The notes under the pieces: generated by a model
Database searches by the model: none
What the model was told of the DNA's origin: nothing
The model's input: only the letters and a program-made list of their open reading frames with translations
Shown: in pieces, positions 37,779 to 46,433 of the stretch
Layout: each line of letters starts with the position of its first letter
Position numbering within the stretch: position 1 is the first letter of the stretch
NCBI GenBank assembly: GCA_033763905.1
Contig: JANRJP010000083.1
Location: 1-48,268 of the forward strand
From: Gemmatimonadaceae bacterium
Lineage (GTDB): Bacteria; Gemmatimonadota; Gemmatimonadetes; Gemmatimonadales; Gemmatimonadaceae
Length of the DNA stretch: 48,268 nucleotides
Direction: 5' to 3'
Translations under genes and position numbers: made by a program

Positions 37779-38294
37779 GTGGTCAGCAGCAAGGCAGCAA
37801 CCGTCGACGCGTATCTGCGCGAGCTCCCAGACGATCGACGCGCCGTGGTCGCGGCGGTCCGCGCGGTCGTCAACAAGCACCTCCCCAAGGGCTACGTCGA
37901 AGCGATGCGCTGGGGGATGATCACGTGGGAAGTCCCGCTCAGCGTCGTGCCGGATACCTACAACGGGCAACCGCTGGCCTACGCGGCGCTCGCCGCGCAG
38001 AAGAACAGCTATTCGCTTTACTTGATGGGGCCGTACGCGTTCCCCGACGTACTGACGGCGTTGCAGGATGGATTCGCCGCCGCCGAGAAGCGCCTCGATA
38101 TGGGTAAATCCTGCGTGCGCTTCAAGTCGCTCGAGGCCTTGCCGCTCCCGGTGATCGGCAAGGCCATTGCGAGTATCCCGCTCAAGACCTTCGTCGCCGC
38201 TACTGCGCGAGTCGCACCGGCGAAGGCTTCCGCGGCAACTTCTCGGCGCGCTGCGCCGTCTGCCACACGAAGCTCGCGACGACGGCCGAGTTGA
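37779..38294 (+). CDS. DUF1801 (YdhG-like) domain protein
   Basis: TVDAYL, PDTYNGQPL, AAQKN.YSLY, DMGKSCVRF; SD GGAGG. Confidence 0.88.
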   Translation: MVSSKAATVDAYLRELPDDRRAVVAAVRAVVNKHLPKGYVEAMRWGMITWEVPLSVVPDTYNGQPLAYAALAAQKNSYSLYLMGPYAFPDVLTALQDGFAAAEKRLDMGKSCVRFKSLEALPLPVIGKAIASIPLKTFVAATARVAPAKASAATSRRAAPSATRSSRRRPS

Positions 38295-39771
38295 ACTTCA
38301 TATCATCCGGCTGGACCTGCTCGTACACGTCCTGATTGCTGTGGTGCGTGCGCGTGTCGTACTGCAGGGGATCCTGAATGAACTGAAAGCCGGGCAGGCC
38401 CAGCGCGTCGAAGGCGAGGTGATCGGTGCCACCGGTGTTGCGGGCCGTGATCGTGGTCATTCCCATCGCCTTGAAGGGGCCCATCCACGCGTCGAAGATC
38501 GCCCGCACGCCCTCGTTGCCCTGCAGGTAGACGCCGCGAATCTTGCCGCTGCCGTTGTCGACGTTGTAGTACGCCGAAAACTTCGCCGCGGCAGGCTTGT
38601 CAGCGGCGTTAGCGCTGTCGCGGAAGGTCTGCCGCGCGAAGCTGCGCGAGCCGATCAGGCCCTGCTCTTCCGACGCCCACAGTGCGATCCGGATCGTCCG
38701 CTTCGGCTTGAGCCCCAGCGTCTTGATGATGCGCACCGCTTCCATCATCGTCGCCGAACCGGCCGCGTTGTCCGTGGCACCCGTGCCCGCGTGCCACGAA
38801 TCGAAGTGGCCACCGAGCATCACGATTTCGTCCTTGAGTTTCGGATCCGTGCCCGGAATCTCGGCGAAGATGTTGAAGTTGTCCGCGTCGACCGGCGTGA
38901 AGCGATTCCGCATATCGAGTTCGATCGTGACCGGCAGTTGCTTGGCCACGAGGCGGGCGAGTCGACCGTAGTGTTCGATCGCGACGTGCACGGTGGGTGG
39001 CACCGGCGGCGAGTTCTCGCCGCGCGGGAAGCCGTTGTCGGTGAACACCGTGCCTTCCTGTCCGCGCGCGGGCAACAGCACGCCGGCCACGCGCTCGCTG
39101 GCGAGGAACGCGTAACGCTCGGCGATGAATTGCGGTGAGATGCGCGCCACCGGCGGCCGCGGCGCGGTGGGCGCGGGGCCTGCCGCGGCGGGGCGTGGCG
39201 GCTCGGCACCAGCGAGCACGGCGAGCGCCGAGTCGCTCAGTCGAGCGGGGTTGGTGAGGTCCGCGACCGGTGTGGCGCGCGCGGCACCGAGCAGGACGAA
39301 CTTGCCGGCGAGCGCGCCGCGGTACTTCGCGAAGTCCGGCGCTGAATCAATGAGGACGTGCACGACTTCGCCCTGCACTGGTCCGTTCGTTCCGGGCGAC
39401 CACGCACGCGGGTAGGCGATGATCGGGAACGGGGTCGGCGCCACGGCACGCATCGAGAACTGCGTGTTCTCCCAGCCGCGACCGAAGCCGGTCACTGGCT
39501 CGAAGCGCACGTTCACGAGGCCCCACGACTTGAGCTGTGCGGCGGCCCACTCGGCGGCCCGACGGTAGTTGGGGGAATTGGCCAGCCGCGGTCCGTGGAC
39601 ATCGGTGAGCCAGCTCATCGTCTCCATCACCTGGGGCCGGTCCAAGGCCTCGGCCTTGATGCGTTCGATGGTCGCGACATCAACGGGCTCCTGCTGCGCG
39701 CCGGCAAACGACGGGAGCGACAGCAACAGCAGGGCGCCAGCGGCGCGGATTTCTCGGGGCAAGGAGAACAC
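38200..39771 (-). CDS. Secreted M28-family peptidase (PA domain)
   Basis: Signal peptide; GGHFDSW, GATDN, SEEQG, YNVDNG, GTDH, THHSNQD. Confidence 0.93.
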   Translation of the reverse strand: MFSLPREIRAAGALLLLSLPSFAGAQQEPVDVATIERIKAEALDRPQVMETMSWLTDVHGPRLANSPNYRRAAEWAAAQLKSWGLVNVRFEPVTGFGRGWENTQFSMRAVAPTPFPIIAYPRAWSPGTNGPVQGEVVHVLIDSAPDFAKYRGALAGKFVLLGAARATPVADLTNPARLSDSALAVLAGAEPPRPAAAGPAPTAPRPPVARISPQFIAERYAFLASERVAGVLLPARGQEGTVFTDNGFPRGENSPPVPPTVHVAIEHYGRLARLVAKQLPVTIELDMRNRFTPVDADNFNIFAEIPGTDPKLKDEIVMLGGHFDSWHAGTGATDNAAGSATMMEAVRIIKTLGLKPKRTIRIALWASEEQGLIGSRSFARQTFRDSANAADKPAAAKFSAYYNVDNGSGKIRGVYLQGNEGVRAIFDAWMGPFKAMGMTTITARNTGGTDHLAFDALGLPGFQFIQDPLQYDTRTHHSNQDVYEQVQPDDMKFNSAVVASFVWQTAQRAEKLPRKPSPVRLAQ

Positions 39772-39849
39772 GGGGGTCTCTGGGGTTGAAGACGAAGCCG
39801 GGAAACAACGCGCGGCAGGGCCAACGCGCTGGCGCGCGCGAGGCGGTGG

Positions 39850-41319
39850 TCAGAGTCGATCCACGCGCTGAATGAGCTGGCGGAAGAAGACCACGCACCG
39901 CGCGTAACCCGCCACCGACACCCGTTCGTCGGTGCCGTGGAATCGCAGATTGTCCCCGTCACCGAACGGGACCGGGCTGAAGCGAAAGACCTGGGTGGCC
40001 CCCGCTTCGCTCCACTGCCGTGAGTCGGTACCGCCGACGACCAGATACGGAGCGACCACCGGTGGCGTGTCCCCGAGCGTCTCGCGAATGGCCGTCGCGA
40101 GCACGCCGAACGCCGGTCCTTCGGGGTCCGACACCGTCGACGGCGGCGAGGCAAAGGAACCGGCCGCACGCACTTGCACGAGCGAGTCGGCAATCACCGC
40201 GCGAACGCGGGCGATCACCGTGGCCTCGGTCTCGCCGGGCAGAATACGGAAGTTCACGACCGCGCGTGCCTTGGGCGGGAGCACGTTCTCCTTCTCGCCA
40301 GCGCCGATGATCGTCGGTGCGGTCGTCGTCCGCAGCATCGCGGCCGAACTCGGAATGCGGAGCAGCGCTCGGCGGACGAGCGGCTCCGTCAGCCACAAGT
40401 TGGCGATGCCGATCCGCTCACCGAAGGTCATCGACGGGGCGATCGCGCGGAGCATCGCCTCGGGCACGCCGGTCACCCGTGCGGGAAACGGATTCGCCTC
40501 CAGCGCAGCCACCGCGCGCGAGACGCGGCCGATGTGCGAGATCCCGGACGGCGTGGACGAGTGCCCACCTTCACCCTCAGACACCAACTCCAGCGACAGG
40601 AATCCCTTCTCGGCGATCCCGACCAGCGCCACAGGCTCGTCGATGCCCGACAACTGACCCTGCGTCACGGCACCGCCTTCGTCGAGCACCAGCGCCGGCA
40701 TCGGCCATCCCTTGGCCTTGTACCAGGCCACGATCGCTCCGGCACCACGCCCACCCACTTCCTCATCGTGGCCAAAGGCCAAGACGATCGTGCGTTGCGG
40801 CGTGTACCCACTGCCGAGCAGGCTCTCGATGCCCTCGAGCACGCCGAGGACGGTGGATTTGTCGTCCATCGCCCCACGTCCCCAAATGAAACCGTCGGCG
40901 ATCTCGCCGCCGAACGGCGGATGGGACCAGCGGGACTCGGTGCCCGCAATGACCGGGACGACGTCGAGATGCCCCATCAGCACGATGGGCGCTTTGGTGG
41001 TATCGAGACCGCGCCAGACGTAGGCCAGCGACAGTCCGCCGACGACCTCACGCGTCAACGTGGCGTGGGTCCGGGGATACTGCGCGGCGAGATACGCGTG
41101 GAGCGCGCGGAACGCCGCCGTGTCGATCACCCCGCTTTCGGTGGAGATCGTCGCAATCCGCAGCGCACCTGCCAGTCGCTGCGCAATGGCCGACTCATCG
41201 ACCGTGAGCCGTACCCGCTCGACTGGCGCGTCGTCGCGCGTGAGCCGACTTGCCCGGACAGCCATCGCGCCAAGCAGTACCAGCAGAAGACCGAACGCGG
41301 ACAAGAGGAATCGACGCAT
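39850..41319 (-). CDS. M20-family peptidase (carboxypeptidase S/PM20D1-like)
   Basis: GHLDVV, GRGAMDDK, HDEE, DEG, GGHSS, FHGTDE. Confidence 0.93.
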   Translation of the reverse strand: MRRFLLSAFGLLLVLLGAMAVRASRLTRDDAPVERVRLTVDESAIAQRLAGALRIATISTESGVIDTAAFRALHAYLAAQYPRTHATLTREVVGGLSLAYVWRGLDTTKAPIVLMGHLDVVPVIAGTESRWSHPPFGGEIADGFIWGRGAMDDKSTVLGVLEGIESLLGSGYTPQRTIVLAFGHDEEVGGRGAGAIVAWYKAKGWPMPALVLDEGGAVTQGQLSGIDEPVALVGIAEKGFLSLELVSEGEGGHSSTPSGISHIGRVSRAVAALEANPFPARVTGVPEAMLRAIAPSMTFGERIGIANLWLTEPLVRRALLRIPSSAAMLRTTTAPTIIGAGEKENVLPPKARAVVNFRILPGETEATVIARVRAVIADSLVQVRAAGSFASPPSTVSDPEGPAFGVLATAIRETLGDTPPVVAPYLVVGGTDSRQWSEAGATQVFRFSPVPFGDGDNLRFHGTDERVSVAGYARCVVFFRQLIQRVDRL

Positions 41320-41372
41320 ACGACGGGGGTTCGGGATATTGCGAATCGGGTGTCGGGCGTAGGTTGGTGGGT

Positions 41373-42614
41373 ATGCAGACGTTTCGGAAGCAGGTCCTGA
41401 TCGCCGCGTGGCTTGGGAGTTCCGCCGTCGGTTGCCGATCTGGCGAGACCTCGGGGACTGCGGTCGCTCCCATTGGCCCCGTGAGCCCGGTCGCGCATCC
41501 CGCCCCGGAAGGGGCGCTGACACCGTTCCTCGCACACGGCGACGATGACCGGGTGCTGCTGTCGTGGAGCCGCCGACTCGGCGGCGACTCGGCGGCGATC
41601 GAGCTGGCGGTGATGCGCGCTGGCGCCTGGGGCCCCGTTCGCCAGGTGACCGCCAGCGATCGGCTCTTCATCAACTGGGCCGACTACGCGTCGGTGTTGC
41701 CGCTCGGCGGCGACAGCGTGGCCGCCCACTGGCTCGCGACCGAAGGCGCCGGGAAGTACAGCTACGGTGTGCGCATCGCCACGTCGCCCGACGCTGGCGC
41801 GCGCTGGGGCACCCCCACGACGCCCCACACCGATGGACTGGAAGCCGAGCACGGATTCGTCACGCTGTGGCGTGAGGCGGACGGCGTGGGCGCCGCGTGG
41901 CTCGACGGTCGCAAGTCGGCAATGAAGGACAGCGTGCCCGAAATGACGGTGCGCACTGCGGTGCTCGTGCGCGACGGGCTTGCCCGTGAAGCGCAACTGG
42001 ACGCGCGGACCTGCGACTGTTGCCAGACGGCAGCCGCGCACGCCCGGTCGGGGATGGTGGTCATCTATCGCGACCGGACCGCCGACGAACTCCGCGACAT
42101 TTCGGTGGTGCGCCAGACGGCGTCGGGGTGGAGTGCGCCGACGCCGGTCTCCGTCGACCGATGGATGACCCGCGCGTGTCCCGTGAATGGCCCGTCGTTG
42201 GCGGCCCGCGGTGACACGGTGGCAGCCGCGTGGTTCACCGCGGCGTCCGACACGGCAAAGGCCCTCGTTGCACTGAGTCCGGACGCCGGTGCCCACTTCG
42301 GGCCGCCGGTGCGGATCGACGACGGGTCGCCGATCGGTCGCGTGCAGTTGCTGATCGAGCCGTCGGGCGATGCCATTGTCTCGTGGCTCGAGCGGCTCAG
42401 CACCGACTCCGCCGAGGTTCGCGTGCGGCGCGTGACGAGCGACGGCAGAATGTCGGCGGCGACGACCATTACCCGCGTGGCGGCCAGCCGTGGCTCAGGC
42501 TTTGCGCGGATGATCCGCGATGGAGATCGACTGCTGTTCGCGTGGACCGTGGCCGGTGCGCCGTCCCGCATCGCGATGGCTCAGGCCCTCGCGCGACCTG
42601 TCACCGTGGACTGA
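41373..42614 (+). CDS. BNR/sialidase-like beta-propeller lipoprotein
   Basis: Lipobox-like AVGC; Asp-box-like SPDAGARW and SPDAGAHF; FINWAD, EHGFV, WLDGR, TCDCC, ACPVNGP. Confidence 0.8.
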   Translation: MQTFRKQVLIAAWLGSSAVGCRSGETSGTAVAPIGPVSPVAHPAPEGALTPFLAHGDDDRVLLSWSRRLGGDSAAIELAVMRAGAWGPVRQVTASDRLFINWADYASVLPLGGDSVAAHWLATEGAGKYSYGVRIATSPDAGARWGTPTTPHTDGLEAEHGFVTLWREADGVGAAWLDGRKSAMKDSVPEMTVRTAVLVRDGLAREAQLDARTCDCCQTAAAHARSGMVVIYRDRTADELRDISVVRQTASGWSAPTPVSVDRWMTRACPVNGPSLAARGDTVAAAWFTAASDTAKALVALSPDAGAHFGPPVRIDDGSPIGRVQLLIEPSGDAIVSWLERLSTDSAEVRVRRVTSDGRMSAATTITRVAASRGSGFARMIRDGDRLLFAWTVAGAPSRIAMAQALARPVTVD

Positions 42615-42623
42615 GGCCGACTC

Positions 42624-42992
42624 GTGACGCCGAATGTGCGCAATCTTGTGCGGGACTTCGCCGCAGTGACCGAGCATTGGTCGCCGCACGTGGTCGCCGA
42701 CCTCAACGGCCAGCAGGTCAAGGTAGTGAAGTTCCAAGGGGCCTTCGTCTGGCACCACCACGAGTCTGAGGACGAACTCTTCCTGGTGCATCGTGGACGG
42801 TTCCGAATGGAGTTCCGGGACCGCACGGTCGAGCTCTCGGCCGGCGACTTTCTGGTCGTCCCGCGCGGTGTGGAGCACCGGCCTGTCGCCGACGAGGAAG
42901 TCGAAGTGATTCTCTTCGAGCCCGCGTCGACGCTGAACACGGGGAATACGCGCAACGACCGTACGGTCGACAGCCCCAAGCGCCTCGCGTGA
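42624..42992 (+). CDS. Cupin-domain protein
   Basis: FVWHHHESEDELF, VVPRGVEH, NTGN. Confidence 0.92.
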   Translation: MTPNVRNLVRDFAAVTEHWSPHVVADLNGQQVKVVKFQGAFVWHHHESEDELFLVHRGRFRMEFRDRTVELSAGDFLVVPRGVEHRPVADEEVEVILFEPASTLNTGNTRNDRTVDSPKRLA

Positions 42993-44080
42993 CCGACGCC
43001 CTGCTTCCGGTGCAGACGCCGGTGCCTGTCGTGGCAATCGATCGGCTCGACCGCAACATCGCGCGCGCAGCGTCCTACGCGACGGCGCACGGCATCGCCC
43101 TGCGACCACACGTGAAGACGCACAAGTCGATCGTGGTCGCCGAGCAGCAACTTCGTGCGGGCGCTGTAGGCCTCACCGTGGCCACGCCGCGAGAGCTCGA
43201 GGTGATGTCCGGCGTGTGCGACAATTTGCTCTGGGCGCACCCGCCGGTCGGTCCGACCAAGGTGGCGCGCGCGGCACGGGTCGCAAGGGATGCCACCCTG
43301 ACGGTGGCCATTGACGATGCGGCGCAGGTGGACGCGCTGGGCGCCGCCGCCGCAGCGGAGGGCGTCACGATCGGCGTCTATGTGGAACTCGACGTCGGGA
43401 TGCACCGGGTCGGTGTGGCATCGACGGCGCGAGCGATCGCGTTGGCCCAGCAGGCGGCGGCGCACCCCGCGCTGCGGTTTGATGGGCTCACCTGCTACCC
43501 GGGGCACATCCGCGAATCGACGGCGTCGCAGGACGAATCGCTCGCCGCACTGCAGGCCATGCTGGCCGAGGCAGTGCACGAGATGACGCGCGCAGGAGTG
43601 GCGCCGCCGGTCGTCAGCGCCGGCTCGACACCCACAATGTGGCGAACGCACGACGTGCCGGCGATCACCGAGATGCGTCCGGGCACGTCGGTCTACAACG
43701 ACCGTACCACGGCGGCGATCGGTGCCTGTGCGTGGGACGATTGCGCCCTCACCGTCCTCGCGACGGTGATCTCGACGTCCGTGCCGGGACAGGCCGTGGT
43801 CGACGCGGGGACAAAGGCGCTCGGCCGCGAGCCGGTGCGTGGTGCCGCGGGCGAGGGCTGGGCCGCGCTTCGCGATCACCCGGATGTGGTGGTGTCGCGA
43901 ATGTCCGAAGAGCACGGCATCCTCGATCTGTCGAACACCGACTGGCGCCCACGTGTGGGAGACCAGGTGCACCTCGTGCCCAACCACGTGTGCATCGTGG
44001 TGCACCTGTTCGACGCCGTCCTCGCCAGTCGCGATGGCGTACTGGGCAACGGCTGGCCAGTCAGCGCGCGGGGTCGATAG
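42989..44080 (+). CDS. PLP-dependent fold-III enzyme (D-serine dehydratase/D-threonine aldolase, DSD1 family)
   Basis: RPHVKTHK, HRVGV, GSTPT, SEEHG, PNHVC. Confidence 0.92.
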   Translation: MTDALLPVQTPVPVVAIDRLDRNIARAASYATAHGIALRPHVKTHKSIVVAEQQLRAGAVGLTVATPRELEVMSGVCDNLLWAHPPVGPTKVARAARVARDATLTVAIDDAAQVDALGAAAAAEGVTIGVYVELDVGMHRVGVASTARAIALAQQAAAHPALRFDGLTCYPGHIRESTASQDESLAALQAMLAEAVHEMTRAGVAPPVVSAGSTPTMWRTHDVPAITEMRPGTSVYNDRTTAAIGACAWDDCALTVLATVISTSVPGQAVVDAGTKALGREPVRGAAGEGWAALRDHPDVVVSRMSEEHGILDLSNTDWRPRVGDQVHLVPNHVCIVVHLFDAVLASRDGVLGNGWPVSARGR

Positions 44081-44103
44081 CGCCGCGCGTCGGCCGAGGC
44101 GTG

Positions 44104-45381
44104 CTACCGGCCGCCTTTGACCACGACGCCGCCCTTCATCACGAACGACACCTTCTCGAGCCGACGCACGTCATCGAGCGGGTTGCCTTCGACCGCCACG
44201 AGATCGGCCCACTTGCCACGCGCCACCGACCCTGCATCGGCCTCGATCCCGATCAGCGTCGCCGCATTGATCGTCGCCGATTGAATGGCCTGCATCGGCG
44301 TCGCGCCGAGAATCTCGACCATATAGCGGAACTCTTCCGCGTTGCGCCCGTGGATGTCGCTGGTGGCGTCGGTGCCGAAGGCGAACTTCACGCCGGCCTG
44401 AAACGCCGCGCGCAGTCGGACGCGCCGTTCCCCCGCGATGGCCCGGGCCTTCTGCACCGCGTACGCGGGGTACCCCTTCTTCTCGGCGTCGCGGACGATC
44501 TCTTCGAGAATGATCAGGGTCGGCACCAGGAAGGTGCCCTTCTGCTTCATCAGCGCGGCCTGCGCGTCGCTGACGAGCGATCCGTGATCGATGCTCGCCA
44601 CGCCGGCGTTCACGGCCGCGGTGAGTCCGTCGCCGCCGTGTGCGTGCGCCATCACGCGGCGCCCGAGGCGTCGCGCCTCGGCAACCGCCTCCACCAGCTC
44701 GGCATCGGAGAACTGCGATGCGGTGGCCGCGTCGCCCTGTGAGAGAATGCCTCCCGTGGCGACGATCTTGATGTGATCGGCACCATACTTCGCGTGACGC
44801 CGAACCGACGTGCGCACCGCATCGACGCCGTCGACGATCTCGCCGGTGCCGGGCAGCGACACGTTCGGGCTGTAGCCGTTCACATCGGCGTGACCACCGG
44901 TGATGCCGAGCGCCGGCCCTGACGCGTACACGCGCGGACCGGGAATGATGCCCTTGGCAATCGCCTGCTTGGCGGCGACGTCGGCGTAGTCGGCCGCGCC
45001 GGCTTCCCGCACGATCGTGAAGCCGGCCTCGAGCGTCTTCTTGGCGTTGACGGTGGCGTAGATGCCGGAATGCGCGGCGGTCTCGGTGATGGCCGCCAGG
45101 TCACCGCCATCGCTGTCGATGCTGGTGAGGTGCGTGTGGGTATCAATCAGTCCGGGCAGCAGCGTGAGCCCACCCAAGTCGATGACTTTGGCCCCACGCG
45201 GCACGGTCACGCGGGCCGCCGGGCCGACCTCGACGATGCGGTCGCCACGGATCAGTACCGCGGGCGACTCGATCACGTTGCCGTCGCCCACGATGAGCCG
45301 CGCGGCGCGAACGACGGTGACGGCGGGGTCCTGGGCCACAAGCGGCATCGCCGCGCAGCAGAGCATCAGCACAGCACGCAT
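44104..45381 (-). CDS. Secreted amidohydrolase (Xaa-Pro dipeptidase/carboxypeptidase-like subgroup)
   Basis: PGLIDTHTH, KIVATGG, AHAHG, IDHG, FGTD; SD GGAG. Confidence 0.92.
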   Translation of the reverse strand: MRAVLMLCCAAMPLVAQDPAVTVVRAARLIVGDGNVIESPAVLIRGDRIVEVGPAARVTVPRGAKVIDLGGLTLLPGLIDTHTHLTSIDSDGGDLAAITETAAHSGIYATVNAKKTLEAGFTIVREAGAADYADVAAKQAIAKGIIPGPRVYASGPALGITGGHADVNGYSPNVSLPGTGEIVDGVDAVRTSVRRHAKYGADHIKIVATGGILSQGDAATASQFSDAELVEAVAEARRLGRRVMAHAHGGDGLTAAVNAGVASIDHGSLVSDAQAALMKQKGTFLVPTLIILEEIVRDAEKKGYPAYAVQKARAIAGERRVRLRAAFQAGVKFAFGTDATSDIHGRNAEEFRYMVEILGATPMQAIQSATINAATLIGIEADAGSVARGKWADLVAVEGNPLDDVRRLEKVSFVMKGGVVVKGGR

Positions 45382-45412
45382 TACGTCTCCAGCGGGAAGG
45401 AAGGACCAGCGA

Positions 45413-45868
45413 CTATCGCTTGCGGGCGAGCATCGTGCCGCGGCACGTGGCCGCACCGCAGGCGCAGGGGAAGCGCTTCTTGGCTGCCGGCGTGTGGCGC
45501 GTCTTGAGCACCATCTGGTAGTCATAGGTCAGCTCCTCCCCGCGGCGGACGTCGCGGACGGTTTCGATCCAGAGGCGTTGATCCTCGACCACCACGTCAC
45601 AGTTCGGATCGCAGGAATGGTTGAGCCAGCGGGCTTCGTTGCCGTCCACGCCGGCATCCACGATGATGTCGTCGTCGATCGCGAACAGGAAGGTGTGCGG
45701 CCCAGCGGTATCGTCGTCGGGGTAGAGCGCTTCGGCTTCGGCGGGGGTCCGGCGACGGCCGGCGTACTCGATCAGCCGCGTGCCCGCGGGAATCGCCCGA
45801 CGCGCGAAGGCCCCACGCCCGTGGATCGGCGAATCGCGCATGTCGAACGGCAGGGTCGTCGGCACCAT
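45413..45868 (-). CDS. SET-domain protein-lysine methyltransferase with post-SET cysteines
   Basis: IHGRGAFA, RWLNHSCDPN, GEELTYDY, CACGAATC. Confidence 0.95.
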   Translation of the reverse strand: MVPTTLPFDMRDSPIHGRGAFARRAIPAGTRLIEYAGRRRTPAEAEALYPDDDTAGPHTFLFAIDDDIIVDAGVDGNEARWLNHSCDPNCDVVVEDQRLWIETVRDVRRGEELTYDYQMVLKTRHTPAAKKRFPCACGAATCRGTMLARKR

Positions 45869-45894
45869 TGCCCTGCATTCTACGTTGTTACGCC

Positions 45895-46386
45895 ATGAGC
45901 ATCTACGACCATTCCATCAAGACCATCGACGGCCGCCAGACCACCCTCGGCGAGTGGCGCGGCCGCACCCTCCTGATCGTCAACGTCGCCAGCAAGTGCG
46001 GCTTCACCCCGCAGTACACCGGGCTCGAAGCCCTGTGGCGCTCGTATCGCGACCGCGGCCTGACGATCATCGGCTTCCCCTGCGACCAGTTCGGCAATCA
46101 GGAGCCCGGCTCCGAGGCCGAGATCGCGGCGTTCTGCTCGACATCGTACAACGTCACCTTCCCGATGATGGCGAAGATCGAAGTGAACGGTGAGGGCACG
46201 CATCCGGTGTACCAGACGCTCAAGCAGGCCGCGCCAGGCCTGCTCGGCACCGAAGCGGTGAAGTGGAACTTCACCAAGTTTCTCGTCGGGCCGGACGGCC
46301 GGGTCGAGAAGCGCTACGCCCCGAACGACAGCCCCGAAGACATCGGCCGAGAGCTGGCGACACGATTTGCGTCGTCCGCTGGTTGA
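45895..46386 (+). CDS. Glutathione peroxidase family (BtuE-like, Cys type)
   Basis: NVASKCGFT, FPCDQFGNQEP, KWNFTKFL. Confidence 0.96.
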   Translation: MSIYDHSIKTIDGRQTTLGEWRGRTLLIVNVASKCGFTPQYTGLEALWRSYRDRGLTIIGFPCDQFGNQEPGSEAEIAAFCSTSYNVTFPMMAKIEVNGEGTHPVYQTLKQAAPGLLGTEAVKWNFTKFLVGPDGRVEKRYAPNDSPEDIGRELATRFASSAG

Positions 46387-46433
46387 CAGCGCGCGGCGGC
46401 GGAGTGACGGTACAGCGTCTTCCGCCCCGCGAT

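Noticed and set aside
45895..46386. Selenocysteine glutathione peroxidase
   Set aside because: The active-site codon is TGC (Cys) in SKCG; there is no in-frame TGA.
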